From assembly GCA_030141605.1 (NCBI GenBank), contig JAQGDQ010000035.1, forward strand, positions 310,001 through 374,000: a stretch of DNA of 64,000 nucleotides. The letters run 5' to 3'. Shown piece after piece: positions 1-12,839 of this stretch. Numbering within the stretch: the stretch's first letter is position 1; the number at the start of each line of letters is the position of its first letter. Source of the DNA: Tubiluchus corallicola. Lineage: Eukaryota > Animalia > Priapulida. The notes beneath the pieces were generated by a model that saw only the letters and a list, made by a program, of their open reading frames with translations, was not told the origin of the DNA and ran no database searches. A program made the translations under genes and the position numbers.

Positions 1-699
1 AGGAAAACCAGATGATTGTGTAAACATTAGTTCAGAATAAAGAATGCTCTAAAATATTGAAAACTACAAAAGCTTAGATTAAATAATAATTACCTCGGAT
101 ACTCAAATTTCTTTAAACTTTCAAAGCTACGCGCTGCTCAGTGAATCTAGGAAGATTCGAAAAACTATGGTGCCTTTTTATCACATTCGTGTGGCTGACA
201 AATAGAAGGCGGTACCGTGATAAGCATGATCATGAACTGCAGTGTTAGTTTCTGATGTCGTATGATGTTAAGCACATTTTTTGTGACATCATGCATTTAA
301 ACAGTACTGTAACACAAACGTACTTGATGCGCAAGGGAAGACGCCTGCCACTGCACAAACTGTGGTTATCTTCTGACATAAGCAATAGCTGTGTTCGGTT
401 GCCATAATTAACTTCCTAAGCTAATTATTCAAATATGAGGAAAAATTGTTAACTTTTATAGGCAAAAAATGTATATTTTGGACAGTATATTAAAATGAGA
501 TTGAGTCTAAACAATCGTCAGGTCTTCCTTTAAATTTTTCATCAACTTTTTGCACTATTTTTTGTGGTCAAATGTACACAAAAGTTCAACCAAGCGAACC
601 TAAATACAATTCTCCCGGTTTTGATGAACGATCGAGATTAATCCGCTCTAGAGGTTAAGCATGGTAGTTTATTTGATTTTTTAAACATGTTGGCCACCA

Positions 700-2620
700 C
701 TATTGTATGGTAATTGATGATAATAACAGCTCTACCGTATTTCATCTCAACTGTTACAAAGCCATAACATCGGCATTAGAGTCTATCCCTTGGGATCACA
801 TTCTGGCTGAAGCAGATGTTGAGACTTCCTGGTTGTTGATTTTTGAACAATTGCAAGGACTTAATGAAAAACATATACCACTTAAAACTCGTAAATCTAA
901 GAGCAAGCCAGCTTGGTTTAACCACAAACGTAAACATGTGCTAAACAGCAAACGTAATAAGTACCGAACCTACAAGCATACCTTAGACCCAACTGATTTT
1001 GCTGTCTATAAGCAACAAGAACGTCTGACACATAGTGTTCTAAGAAGTTAGAAGAGTAGAAAGTTAGAACTTATGAAAACAGGCTGGCTGACAATCTAAA
1101 ACATGATAGTAAATAATTTTTGTCATATGTAAATCGTAATCGGCTCTGTCGACCATGAGTAGGACCATTAGGCTTGGAAAATGATACACTAACATCCGAC
1201 CCCCAAACTATGGCAGAAATTCTCAACAACCAATTCTTCAGAGCAGTCACACGAGAAAACATGAACAACATGCTGTATATGCCTTCTTTAACTCTCACCT
1301 TATAGTATACATCACTCAGGCAATAACATCACTCAGAAAGAACTCGTCTGCTGGTCCAGATGGTATCCACCCAATGTTACTAATTAATGCTGCAGTCTGC
1401 CTAGCTGTACCACTGGTTCAACTTTTTACGAAATCAGTGAGCTATGGAACTGTACCAATATATAAGAAAGGTCCTAAAAGTCGTCCTAAGAATTGTCATC
1501 CTATTGTCTTATCCAGCTCCATTGGTAAAATTATGGAAAGAATTGTCTCCAATGCAATTCTTGATCATCTTATGACATTTCAGTTACTTAACAAATCTTA
1601 CCACGCTTTTTTTAAGCAGGCGCACTTTTACAAGTAACCTTCTTGAATTTTTTAATTTGTCTTCGTGATAAAGGCCATCCTATAGACTTAGATCTTGTCA
1701 AGGCATATGACGAAGTACCTCATCAATGTCTGCTCTTGAAACTAGAAGCCTATGGCATTTCAGGTTCTCTCCATACATGGATTAGGAACTGACTAATTGG
1801 TAGAATGCAACATGTTGAGATCCAAGGTGTTAAATCATCACATGTGCCAGTTTCATCTGGATGTCCTCAGGGAAGTGTTCTTGGGCCAATGTTGTTCCTG
1901 ATTTTTATAGATGATCTAGACCAAGAAATCTGTTCTAGACTCTTGAAATTTGCTGATGACACGAAATGTACCAATACTGTGAGAAATATATAGTACAATA
2001 CAGCAAGTAGAACAAATTCAATGGGACTTACACACCATATCGGTTTGTGCTACATCTTGGCAAATGGAATTCAACACCTCTGACTCCAAGTGTAAAGTCA
2101 TTCACGTGGGATGTAAAACAACAATCATCATAAGTATTACTTTAACGACACTATTTTAGCAGCAGTTGACCTAGAAGTAGACTTAGGGCTCACCATTGCT
2201 TCCAGTCTCAACTTCTGCAGCCATAATGAGGAAAGGCAATAAACTTCTCAGACTCATATCAAATACAACTTCCTCAGGATCATCTCATGTAACATTACCT
2301 CTTTATATATCTATCGTCAGACCTCACTTGGATTATGTAAGTAAAGTTTGGGACCCATACTTAAAGAAGAACATCAACATCCTACAACGAGTGCAAAAAA
2401 GAGCAGTCAACATGGTCCAAAGACTTGACAATAAATCGTGTACTGAGAAATCACAACGTCTTGGACTCTATCGACTCTCTTCTCATAGACGAGGTGATCG
2501 ACTGATCAAGATATTCAAGATTCTTAGTGCACACACCAATATCAACCACGAAACTTTCTTCACCTTAAGTCGCATTTGCACCAGAGGTCACTCTCTCAAA
2601 CTTTACAAACACAGAGCGAT
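700..2620 (+). mobile_element. Decayed, 5'-truncated CR1-type LINE (ORF2 reverse transcriptase remnant)
   Basis: Broken ORFs 707-1051, 1374-1637, 1805-1993 and 2196-2711 carry [43 protein letters not shown] and TRGHSLKL, which are CR1/L2 ORF2 motifs. Many stops and frameshifts. Confidence 0.85.
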
Positions 2621-3556
2621 ACAAGATACGGAATTCCGTAAAGAAAGAAGTCACAGGACTACAAACGATCAACGGTTGCAAGAATACACTAGACAAATAT
2701 TTATGCACTAAAGGTTTCCTATATTAATATCTTTGAGGTATGACTGGAGGCAGAACCCATTTTTTTGTAAATATCTATCCACGAAGAGCACATTGAATTG
2801 CCCATTATTTATGTGAAGATCTGTCTTGCTATAAGACAAATATCACAATGCGCTCACAATTATGGTAAGCACTATTACAAAATATGCACTTTGGAAGTTA
2901 AGTTTTTCATCAATATTTCACTTCACTACAGAATATAAGAAACTTTAACTGCAAAAACTGTAAACAATTTTCCATGCTTTAAAGTTTAAGAATCCACTGG
3001 CGAGATTAAGGATTTTAAATTGCTGACACATTTCCACATGAATACCACATTCTTTAAAATTACCATCTAACACAGATGCTCAATCAAGGAAATAATCAAA
3101 AAATATAACAGAGATAATAATTGAGAAGAGTACATTTTGAAATAAAACAATGTTGTGAATTTTCTCGAGTAAACGCGAATGCAGTACTGTCTTAAAATTT
3201 TCAGATTTAACCGTGCTTGAGGAATTTGTTATGATTTTTCAAGGTCCACCACATTGCTAGATCTCTAATGACCTTTCGTCATTCAACTACATAATATATT
3301 AATAGTTATTAACACACAATGCCTAGAATTCACAACACTGCTATATCACAGGATACAACTTCACATTAACTAGTTGTTCATAAGTTCATTAATCGACTCA
3401 ATACACAAACCTATTCTTTGGCCCACAGAAGTTGTAAAAGGATTCGACTGAAAAAAACTCATCTTGAACTTTTTCGTTTATGAAATGTGCTTATCATTAA
3501 TCCAGTGTGTCTTCATAATGGCTACCGATATGACGTACATCGGTTTTGCCAATTTT

Positions 3557-3571
3557 GCCACTAGATGGTGC
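3557..3571 (+). promoter_or_regulatory. Candidate CTCF-binding motif upstream of DRC3
   Basis: GCCACTAGATGGTGC closely matches the CTCF core CCASYAGRKGGCRS. Motif match only. Confidence 0.4.
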
Positions 3572-3590
3572 AAAAATCGTTTTATTTACT

Positions 3591-3603
3591 GTTGCTGGGC
3601 GAC
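3591..3603 (+). promoter_or_regulatory. Candidate RFX X-box in the putative DRC3 promoter
   Basis: GTTGCTGGGCGAC is an imperfect GTTGCY-N-RGYAAC palindrome about 850 bp before the ATG of a motile-cilia gene. A possible non-coding exon donor (G|GTTAGT) sits at 3827 and an acceptor at 4393-4394. Confidence 0.4.
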
Positions 3604-4443
3604 GCAATCATCTGTCGAAGGAGAATAGACTAGTTATTCAATTTTGATTTTGCAGACAGAGTGAAAGTAGGATATTGCATCAAATGCAAGAATCGCCTTA
3701 AACGAAGCCTTAAAACCTTGCAAAAAACCAACTGGCAAACCAGAAAACAACTTGGATAGCTAAAATAAATAAAGATGCTTAACAACTTCAACCAAATCTA
3801 TCTTTGGGAGTAGAATAACTTACTCGGTTAGTGTTAGTTGGAGATCAGAGTGGGTGGAATACTCAAATAAATGTTATCCTCAATGTCTATAATAGATGAC
3901 ATAAGACTTTGAAAATTGAATTAAAATAATTCAAAGTGTTAATGGGAATTAAAAGCAGTTTAACTTCCAGCTTAAACTAATAATGTAGCTGGTTAATTAT
4001 TAAATATACAAGTCACCAGTACTTTAGTATTGTCATAGTATTGAATATTTTAACCAAATCAGACTACAGGCCTGATACTTAGTAAGAGTCTAGCTTTCAA
4101 ATTATTCAGTGTCTTCAGGATTGAAACTCAACGAAATGACTGTAACTTTTTCTATATCGCTCTTGATTTTTTATCCCTGTTATACATTTAAACTGCTAGT
4201 ATAATATCCTGCTGTGATACTGTAGACATTAATACTTTTCTCATTATTTCAGTGGGATACCAATTTTTTATGTGTTGCATATTTTAATGTTTTTTCCAGA
4301 TGAATACTATATTATTAAATTGGTGTGAAGTGTGAAATATGATAACATTTTCATAAAAACTAATCAAATTAATTATTAATAATTTATTATACAGTACCTG
4401 ATGTTGTCATTGTGAAGTGTTAGTAGCGCAATTCATACTCACC

Positions 4444-7400
4444 ATGGATGCGACTAAACTGCAGTGTCATGTCGAACCATCAGTTATCAGCGAAAAGATG
4501 GTGCAAAATGCAATTAGCGATCAAGGCCCTAAAGGCATAGCTGGAGAGATTGCAAAGCTAGAAGGAATTGGGCACTTGAATGTGTACAGTCTCTGCCTTG
4601 ATTTCAAAAGTGAGTTATATAGTCATGGTCTTTATTGGTAATCTATCGGTTTAGCATCTATAGTAGCCCGGAGCTGCTGTGAGAATTGTCAACATTATTT
4701 CACCAGTATAGAAGAGCTGCTGTCAGTAAAATGAGTAACTTTTATTCTTGACACCTTATAAGAAATAATACTTGGGATTGAAGACAAGTTTAACATTTTT
4801 AGTATTTCAACTACACAAGATGTAATATTACAAAACTGCATTTATTAAATGTATGGTGCCACAATGCAGCAAATTATTAACTTATAAACTGTATAAATGT
4901 TATAGCAATTTTGGATGATTAAACCAAATTGCTCGATCTGGATTCCATAAAGTCGCTATTGGCTGAATACCGTTTTTATTAGTAAAATGACTTCACAGAA
5001 TTATGTAGCTAACAAATTTAAAAAAATAAAAGTTTAACAAATGTGTTTTATCCAAAAAAATTGTGTGTTAACAGGTGACTGATACATATCTGTGTTTAAT
5101 GTTTTGTTTATGTCTGATCATTTTTTCAGACATTTTAAAGATTGAAAGCCTGTGGAGATTAACCAATTTAACAAAGTTGCAACTGGATAACAACATAATT
5201 GATCAAATAGAGGGATTAGAAAAACTTGTTAATCTAAAATGGCTGGGTATGCATTTTTTTTAAATTTTACTTTATAAAGAGTGAAAAACACTCATTAGGT
5301 TAGGTTTGTTGATACATTTAACATGATATCAATTATTAAAAATTTATATAATTTAGATCTTTCTTTCAACAATGTAAAATCAATCAAAGGCCTTGACACT
5401 CTTGTGGAGTTGGAAGATCTCAGTTTGTTTAGCAATAGAATAAAAAAGTTGGAAAATATGGAGAGCCTGAAAAAGCTACAAGTGTTCTCAATTGGCAACA
5501 ATGAGCTAAATGACATGAATGAGGTAAGTTTTCGGCTATGCTTTAATATTGATTTGTTTACCTCGGTACAGTTACTTTGCAGTCAGGCCTATTGAGAAGG
5601 TGGTAGCTGGTGTATTGGCACCCAAGAACCATTAGGAGCCCATGGACCATTTAAAAATTTGTAGATCGGACAAACATTTTTACTGATAGCTTTGATAGAA
5701 ATCATTTGATGCATAACTAACAAAATTTTTTTGCTGTAATGCGTATATAGTTTATACACAAACCATTGTTTCTCTATGTATAGTAAGTCCTCGCTTAACG
5801 ATGCTAATGCATTCCAACAAAATGGGACTTCAAGTATAACATCATTAAACGAAACCAAGACTTACATTGAACGTAATGTAAAGAATTGGATGCATTTCAG
5901 AGCCAAAGGTCAATGCTGCTTAAATCATATAAATTAAACATTTTATGAGTTTTATTCATATTTCTACTGATTAATTTCTTTCTTTTTGTTTAAAACCACC
6001 TGCCTTTTTTACCAAGACCTAGACAGACTTATTAATGGTTTCTCTTTGTTAATGTTGAAGCCTTATATATAAGCAGTTAGCAGTTAATGAAAGCCTAGCC
6101 CTGGAGCGATCTTGGGATAATTTCATGTAGTACTAGTCTAGTTGCTTTAGTAGACAAAGTTCCTTGGCGTTAAGTTTGAACTCATGTGCTTAGAGGTGTA
6201 TAAAATGCAAATAGATCTCTCATGATACAAACAATTAGCATTTAGTACATAGTCAGTCAAGAACCAAAAATATATAATAATTGTACCGTTTTATGTTAGT
6301 AGTGCATTTTTAGAACAAAATAGTGCAATATATGTACCGTTTTAATGCTTTAAATTAGGTAAAAAACTTGTTGAGAAAACTAATGGCTTTGAGCAAAGTA
6401 AAAAAATTCTTGTTAAAATGAAATATACATTGTTAAATGAGAAAAAGGTGTAAATGTTCAGCTAAACGAAACATCGCTTTAAGTCATTAAACGATGATTT
6501 ACTGCATGCATAATTGTGATAACTTCAGCATGACTGTAACAGCTTTGAGAAAGGTATTTACAGTGAAGGATTTAGAATAGTGACTGTCTTCCCACTTTAG
6601 CTGGAATGTACTAGTGGTTAAACATTTGTCTATTCAGCAAATGTCCTAGAGTGAAATCCTACCCAAAGAAGGAAAGTTTGATGTTTTCTTTCTAAAAAAC
6701 CAAACACAAAAGTGAGGAATTTGCTTTAAATTATGACTAGTTTTGTGCAAATATATAAATATGCACACCTGTTTTCTTGCAGATGATTTATTTACGGCAA
6801 TTTAGAAATCTGAAGACACTCTGTGTGAGAGGCAATCCATTATGTGAGAATGATGATCATCAATACTTCATTACTGCTCATTTACTAAACCTCGTCTATT
6901 TGGACTACAAAATGATTAGAAGTGACATGGTACATTGTTATGCTACTGATTTATTCACAAAAGCCAATGAATACTAAGAACACATTGCGACAAAATGTAG
7001 ATCCTTTATGCATTTCAGTAGGGCAGCCATAACTTATTTTTTGTAATTGGTTGTAGAGGGACTGGAATCTATCTAATTATCAAAACTAATTTTCTAAGAT
7101 GAAACAATGAATCGACTGATATGACTTTGGCCGTATTTTGTTATTCATACACAGCAACCTTCAATATGAGAAATAGACAGAAGGGCAGTGTGATAGTTAA
7201 AACCTTGTAGAAGCAGTTTTCTAGTAATCACACTGCCAAGTTGTTTTCAACGCAATAAACCATTAGCTGAAAGAACAAGACGTCAGCAATGAATGTAGTG
7301 TGAGCTGATATCACCGTAGCAGTTTTTGTTGCTTTCTTATTTCATAAAAGCACAACACAAGATCAGCAAACAAAAAATTTAGTTTGCTATATTAATAAGC

Positions 7401-10400
7401 CTTTTCACAGTTCCAGAGATCGATGATCATCGTGAAAAGGTCAAAGGTTAAGTGAGTCTAACAATGTTATTTAAACTGAACAATGCGTTTGTTCACACTT
7501 GACAATGCCTCACAGGCCATGCTATAGTAATAGTGACGGTTCTCGGTGTTAATTTTTGCTTCAGTTATTTCATTTTATGTGGATTGGTACTGTTATTTTG
7601 CTAGCTGTTTTTGGATAAGAATAATATGTTAGTTTAAAACTATATACTTATAGTGTAATAATAAATATAACCACGTGTTTCACCCATTTCACATGTAAAA
7701 TTACGTACATAAGGTCACTTGACTGTTGCAGTTAAGATGCTCTGAGTTCACTTAGCATTTGACCTGCAGGAACTGCACGTGTACAAAGCAAAACTGTGAA
7801 AAGGCTTATTGTAGTGAGTAATTTGCTACTTATTGAAGCAGTGGTTTCTAATTACAATTTCACTACAATTTGAAAGTAATACGCCTATAACTGGTTGTAA
7901 GTTCTTTAATTAAATTTAGAGACATCAAGCTGAAGAGATGTATATGTCTGAAATAGATGAGCTTAGTTTGAAAGACTCGCTGGAGGAGGATAATTTGAAG
8001 AAGCAAAAAGAGAGAGCAACTGACCTTGCATTACATAAAGTAAGATTTGTGGTGATTGCATGAGCATGCATATGTGCTTTTATTCAAGTTTTACAGTGGG
8101 TAAATTACTTTTACTTAAGCTTTATATCTCTAGCTGTCTTAATATTTTTGTGGAAAGTGGCGTTTACCAAGGATCTGGAATGCATATGCGTTATGCAGCT
8201 GTGGAATAGATAAAATCGGTTTATATTGTTTTCAATGCACATGTAAAGCTATTCAGCATTCAGCTATCATAAGCTATTCAGCATATAATGCATAATGTAT
8301 TCCGGATGCCAGGTAAATGCCACCTAAATGTGTGTGTATGGATGTGTGTATTTTTACCGTCTGTATTTTAACTAGCCTTAAACTGTTTCAAACTTGTAAA
8401 CTCCAAATGTTCATCGTTTCCCAAATGCTGTATAAAAAGCAAAGGCTAAAAATTGTTGTCCGATGGTTATATTATGCCGTTTTTCTTGACGCTTTTCTTC
8501 TAAGTTAAAACTTGCCACCATTTTTAAGCATAGTTTTTGCACACACTGTACATACATGTATGTTATATATATATATATATATATAACAGATACTTATTTA
8601 ATAGCTATATAATTATATGTTGCACTTTTTTGCAATATATTCGACTGCATATATGAATGTATGTTTTTCTGCTTATCAATAGTGACTAGGATGAATACAC
8701 GGATGTATTTTTGTTACCATATAATACACGACTGCACCCGCATTTCGCTTTCATGCTAAAGCAGTTACATTATATTTCGTAACATTTGGAAAGCTCATTT
8801 TATTAAACATATTGATTGTACATTTTCTTAGTCCACACAGCTGTACAACAACCCTTGTACTTGTAAAATGTTGTGTTCATTAACACTTGTACATGTAAAA
8901 TGTTGTATGATTACGATACAAGTGTTGTGCACGTACTAAATAATTTGACTTTATAAAAAAGAATTCCTTGATTTTTTTTGTATTGCAGCAGCTTGATCTG
9001 GAAAGTACTAAGGTACATAGCATATTTCTAACTGCAGTAAACTCTTGCTGGAACTGCTATTTTGATTTTTACAGTAAAAAAAGCTCTATAGTTCAAGAAT
9101 AAGCTGGATCATGCGCACTGTCTGAACCATGACCTACATCACAAAACACACTGAAAAGCCATTGCCAATGTACTAGTTGAAAATTTTTGTTTAATCTGAG
9201 ATACTGCCCCCTTTGCTGTTTGGATTAGCTGAAGGTTTATTAAACGTTCAGTTTTAGACAGTATTCAAAATGTCACCAACATCTTGTGAAAAGCACTGTT
9301 TAACCAAAGCTTCGCATATTAGACCAGGAGCCCAAACTCAACACAAGGCCAGAAAAATGAGTTTTAATCGCTCAGTCTGGGACCAGTTTTTAGCTATATC
9401 TGATGATAGAGGGAACCTTGGTGCTTACTGGGTGGGTGGCAGCACTAATTTTCAGGTGGGCCTTGTGGGTGGCATAAGCCCATTTGTGGGACCAACTCCA
9501 AAAACCCTTGTTAATGCAAATTTGTGCATGACAAGCAAGAGGCTATTTCATGTTCCATGTTATTCATCCATGTCCGATCCATGTTATTCTACGAATCATT
9601 GTGTTCATTTGTTTAGTAGTAAAAAAAGATTTGAATGGCCCATCATGGAGTACTGCTCTAAAAGTTGTCCCATTTCAGAACAGCCCTAAAACATGTTTAC
9701 TGAAACTTTCCTAGACTACTTTATTTTGTACTGTAAGTTTTTATCTATATTGTGTACTACTCTCCACATTGCTGTATAAAATTCCAGTATCAGTGGCTAC
9801 TCAGAGTGGGGCACTAGTTGGGCTTGGGGTATTTTGTGAAGCCACTCCCAAAAAGGCTTGCTTGCTTAAATGTACTTATGTTCAAATGTAATGTTTTTTT
9901 TAATTTCACTACACTCCAACATTACGCGACTCACTCGCAATAGTGCAATGTAGATAATAACTGTGTTTATTAAAATAGTACATTGCATCATTTTTGATGG
10001 ACAATTGTGACCCATTGGTCATAGAGCATGCTCCCATCCCATTCGACCATAGCCGAAAGTATGTTAATGTCAGACTTTTCTCATGTCTTTTTTAAATTTT
10101 ACTAGGTTAAATCTTTCCAGTTTATGCGATGAATAATGTTTGTCACATTTTCATGAGATTAAGCACTCTAGCAGGATGCTCATGCATAAATGGGATGTTA
10201 TTTTGGCTACAGTAAATGTCCCATATAGGTTAGTCTTAGCAACGGTGTCATTGCTCGTGTTTTTATGAGTATCTAATGTCGTCAAGCCTATGGCATATGG
10301 GCGTTTTCCTGGACCTAACTCACGATTTTTTTAAAATTTTGACTGAACACCCTGTAGAAACATTTTTCTAGCAACACCTAGTGGGACTATCGGAAAGAGA

Positions 10401-12788
10401 TATATAGCTCTTTAGAAAGGGGAGGAACAGGGCTACAATGTGATGTGAGTCTCTTTTGAGGGCACTTTCACCAGGCGAAACAGCGATGAGACGTTCCATT
10501 TTGGACGATTCTCACTTGGAAAACTGTTGACGTTTTGCATTGTTCTCACATCATTTTATACTCTGCCTTTAACTTTATCTAAAAGCTGTTGGCATTGATA
10601 ATTATTCATTGAAAATAAGAAACAAGCATGCGTGATATGCAGCTACAACAATAATATACAGACATATATTATCAGTCTGCAGCAATGTTGATGCTTCTAG
10701 AAAGCAATGTCTTAAAAAAAGAACGACTAGAAAAAAATGGACGATGAGTGGATATCCAGAAAATTGCAGTATTGTATCATAAACAATGTTATGCTGTTAA
10801 CTAAGAATTACAGGGAAAAGACTTTTCTAAGAGTAGCAGTTTCCTAGTCGTTAAAATAGTTTGGCACAGGAATATTTCCTAAATGAAACTTTCAAAAAGT
10901 TCTCTACAAAAAAACTATCGTTAATATGATAACCAGAAAGCATGCAAAGTGTAATTAATGTCATCAACTGCAGTTGTTACTGTGTAGTTGCTAAGGTAAA
11001 CAATTTCAGCATCGTCACCATAATAACTGCTGCTTGCATGTTAAGATCCATTGCTAGTTCATCTAATAATAAGAGCTAAGGTTTTCACAAACTATTTTCC
11101 AAGTCTAACCTTGTTATCAGAGCCGTTGCTAAGGTAAACAATAACCATGACCACCAGTTTATGTGATTAACATTTTACGTTATGAGCCGTATATGGTAAT
11201 CTAGGCTTGACGACATTAGACTTAAAAACATCAGCAATGACACTTGCCAATACTAACCTATATGGGATGTTTGCTGTAGTCAAAATAAGCATCCCGTTTG
11301 TGCATGAGCACCCTGCTTGAGTGCCTTATTCGTGACAAAGTATACACTGTATAGATAAAACCTTACAGTTGGAAAATAAAGTAGCCTAAGAAAAATAAAC
11401 AGGGTTTTAATAAATAAACATGTTTTTGGGCTATTCTGAGATGAGACAACTTTTAGAGTAGTACACCATGATGAGAAATCAAAAAATTTTCTACTACTAA
11501 GCAAATGAACACAAAGATCCGTAGAATAACACTAGACAAAGTAAATGTTCAATCCCTACTTGGATGCAACATGAAATAGCCTCTTGCTTGCCATAAACAA
11601 ATTTGCATGAACAAGGGTTTTTGCGGGCATTCCCACAAATTGCCTGTACCGCCCACAAGGCTTACCTGAAAATTAGTACTGCCACACAGGCAGTAAGCGC
11701 CATGGTCACCTCTATCATCTGATATAGGTAAAAACTGGTTCCCAGCTTGAGCGAACGAAACCAATTTTTTGTCTTGGGCTCCCGATCTGTATAAAAACAT
11801 AATCAGAGCTTTTGCTTTTTTCCTAACAAATGTTGTCAAAGAAGATTTGAATCAGTAAAGAGGTATACTTATAAAGAACCAGAAAATAACAATCATGGTA
11901 GTAACGAATTTTAACTATAAAGCATGAAGTGGCTGGTTTTGCTGTAGTTACACTTCAACAAAAAATTTGATTGCTTAATGAGAGTTTAACGTCACGAATT
12001 ACCGGGTCTGCATTGCTGAATTAACTTGTAATTTAATATAAACATGTAAGTCTACAGGTGTCACGAGGCAACACTGACCTTTTTAATTCCCAGTTGCATT
12101 TCGAATAGTGATATAATATATATGGATGCATTTTACTGCTAATAGTCGGTATTTTGGCTATAGCATTGTTGAATTTAATTGATTCGATTTTGCTTACATT
12201 TCAGCTGGCTCATGTGGATCGCTTAGATGCTGATACTCTATTTGAAGACATGTATGCAAATGATACGGAAGGGAAGCTCATACAAGAATATGAACCTATT
12301 AAGGAATTAGTCGATTCATATCCTTTTATAGTTTATCACCCATTTATTGATTTTTTGTTACTAAGTTTCATGGTGGGTCTACATGTAGTGTTGATAGATT
12401 AGTAGCTGCTTTGCTTTTGCATCTAAAAATATCTTATTGAGAATATTTTAGCTTTATGTGTGACATTTATTGTTTGGCATAAAGTTTTATGCACTGACAT
12501 TTTTTATCAGTAATATAAATATTGTTTTGCATTTTGCAGAACTTACCAACCAAATTATTGTTCTTTGTTTCGAGGTCGTAGGAGAACCAAACTTTCTGTG
12601 AATTTTTTAACTGTTTTTTTTTCAGAGATCAGATTACATTTATTTCTGTTTAAAACTAAAGACAGACAACATGGTTTGATTTTAGAAAAACGAATACAGT
12701 ATAATTAGTAGCGTTAGTATTCTCTGATGTTTCAGAGAAAAAAGAATACCTGAAAGTATAAAAAATTATCATGTGCTGTAAATTAAAT

Positions 12789-12839
<51 letters not shown>

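Noticed and set aside
9270-11839. Two 'paralogous' ORFs (9270+ and 11549-)
   Set aside because: The similarity comes from the inverted arms of a non-coding element, and no domain is recognised.
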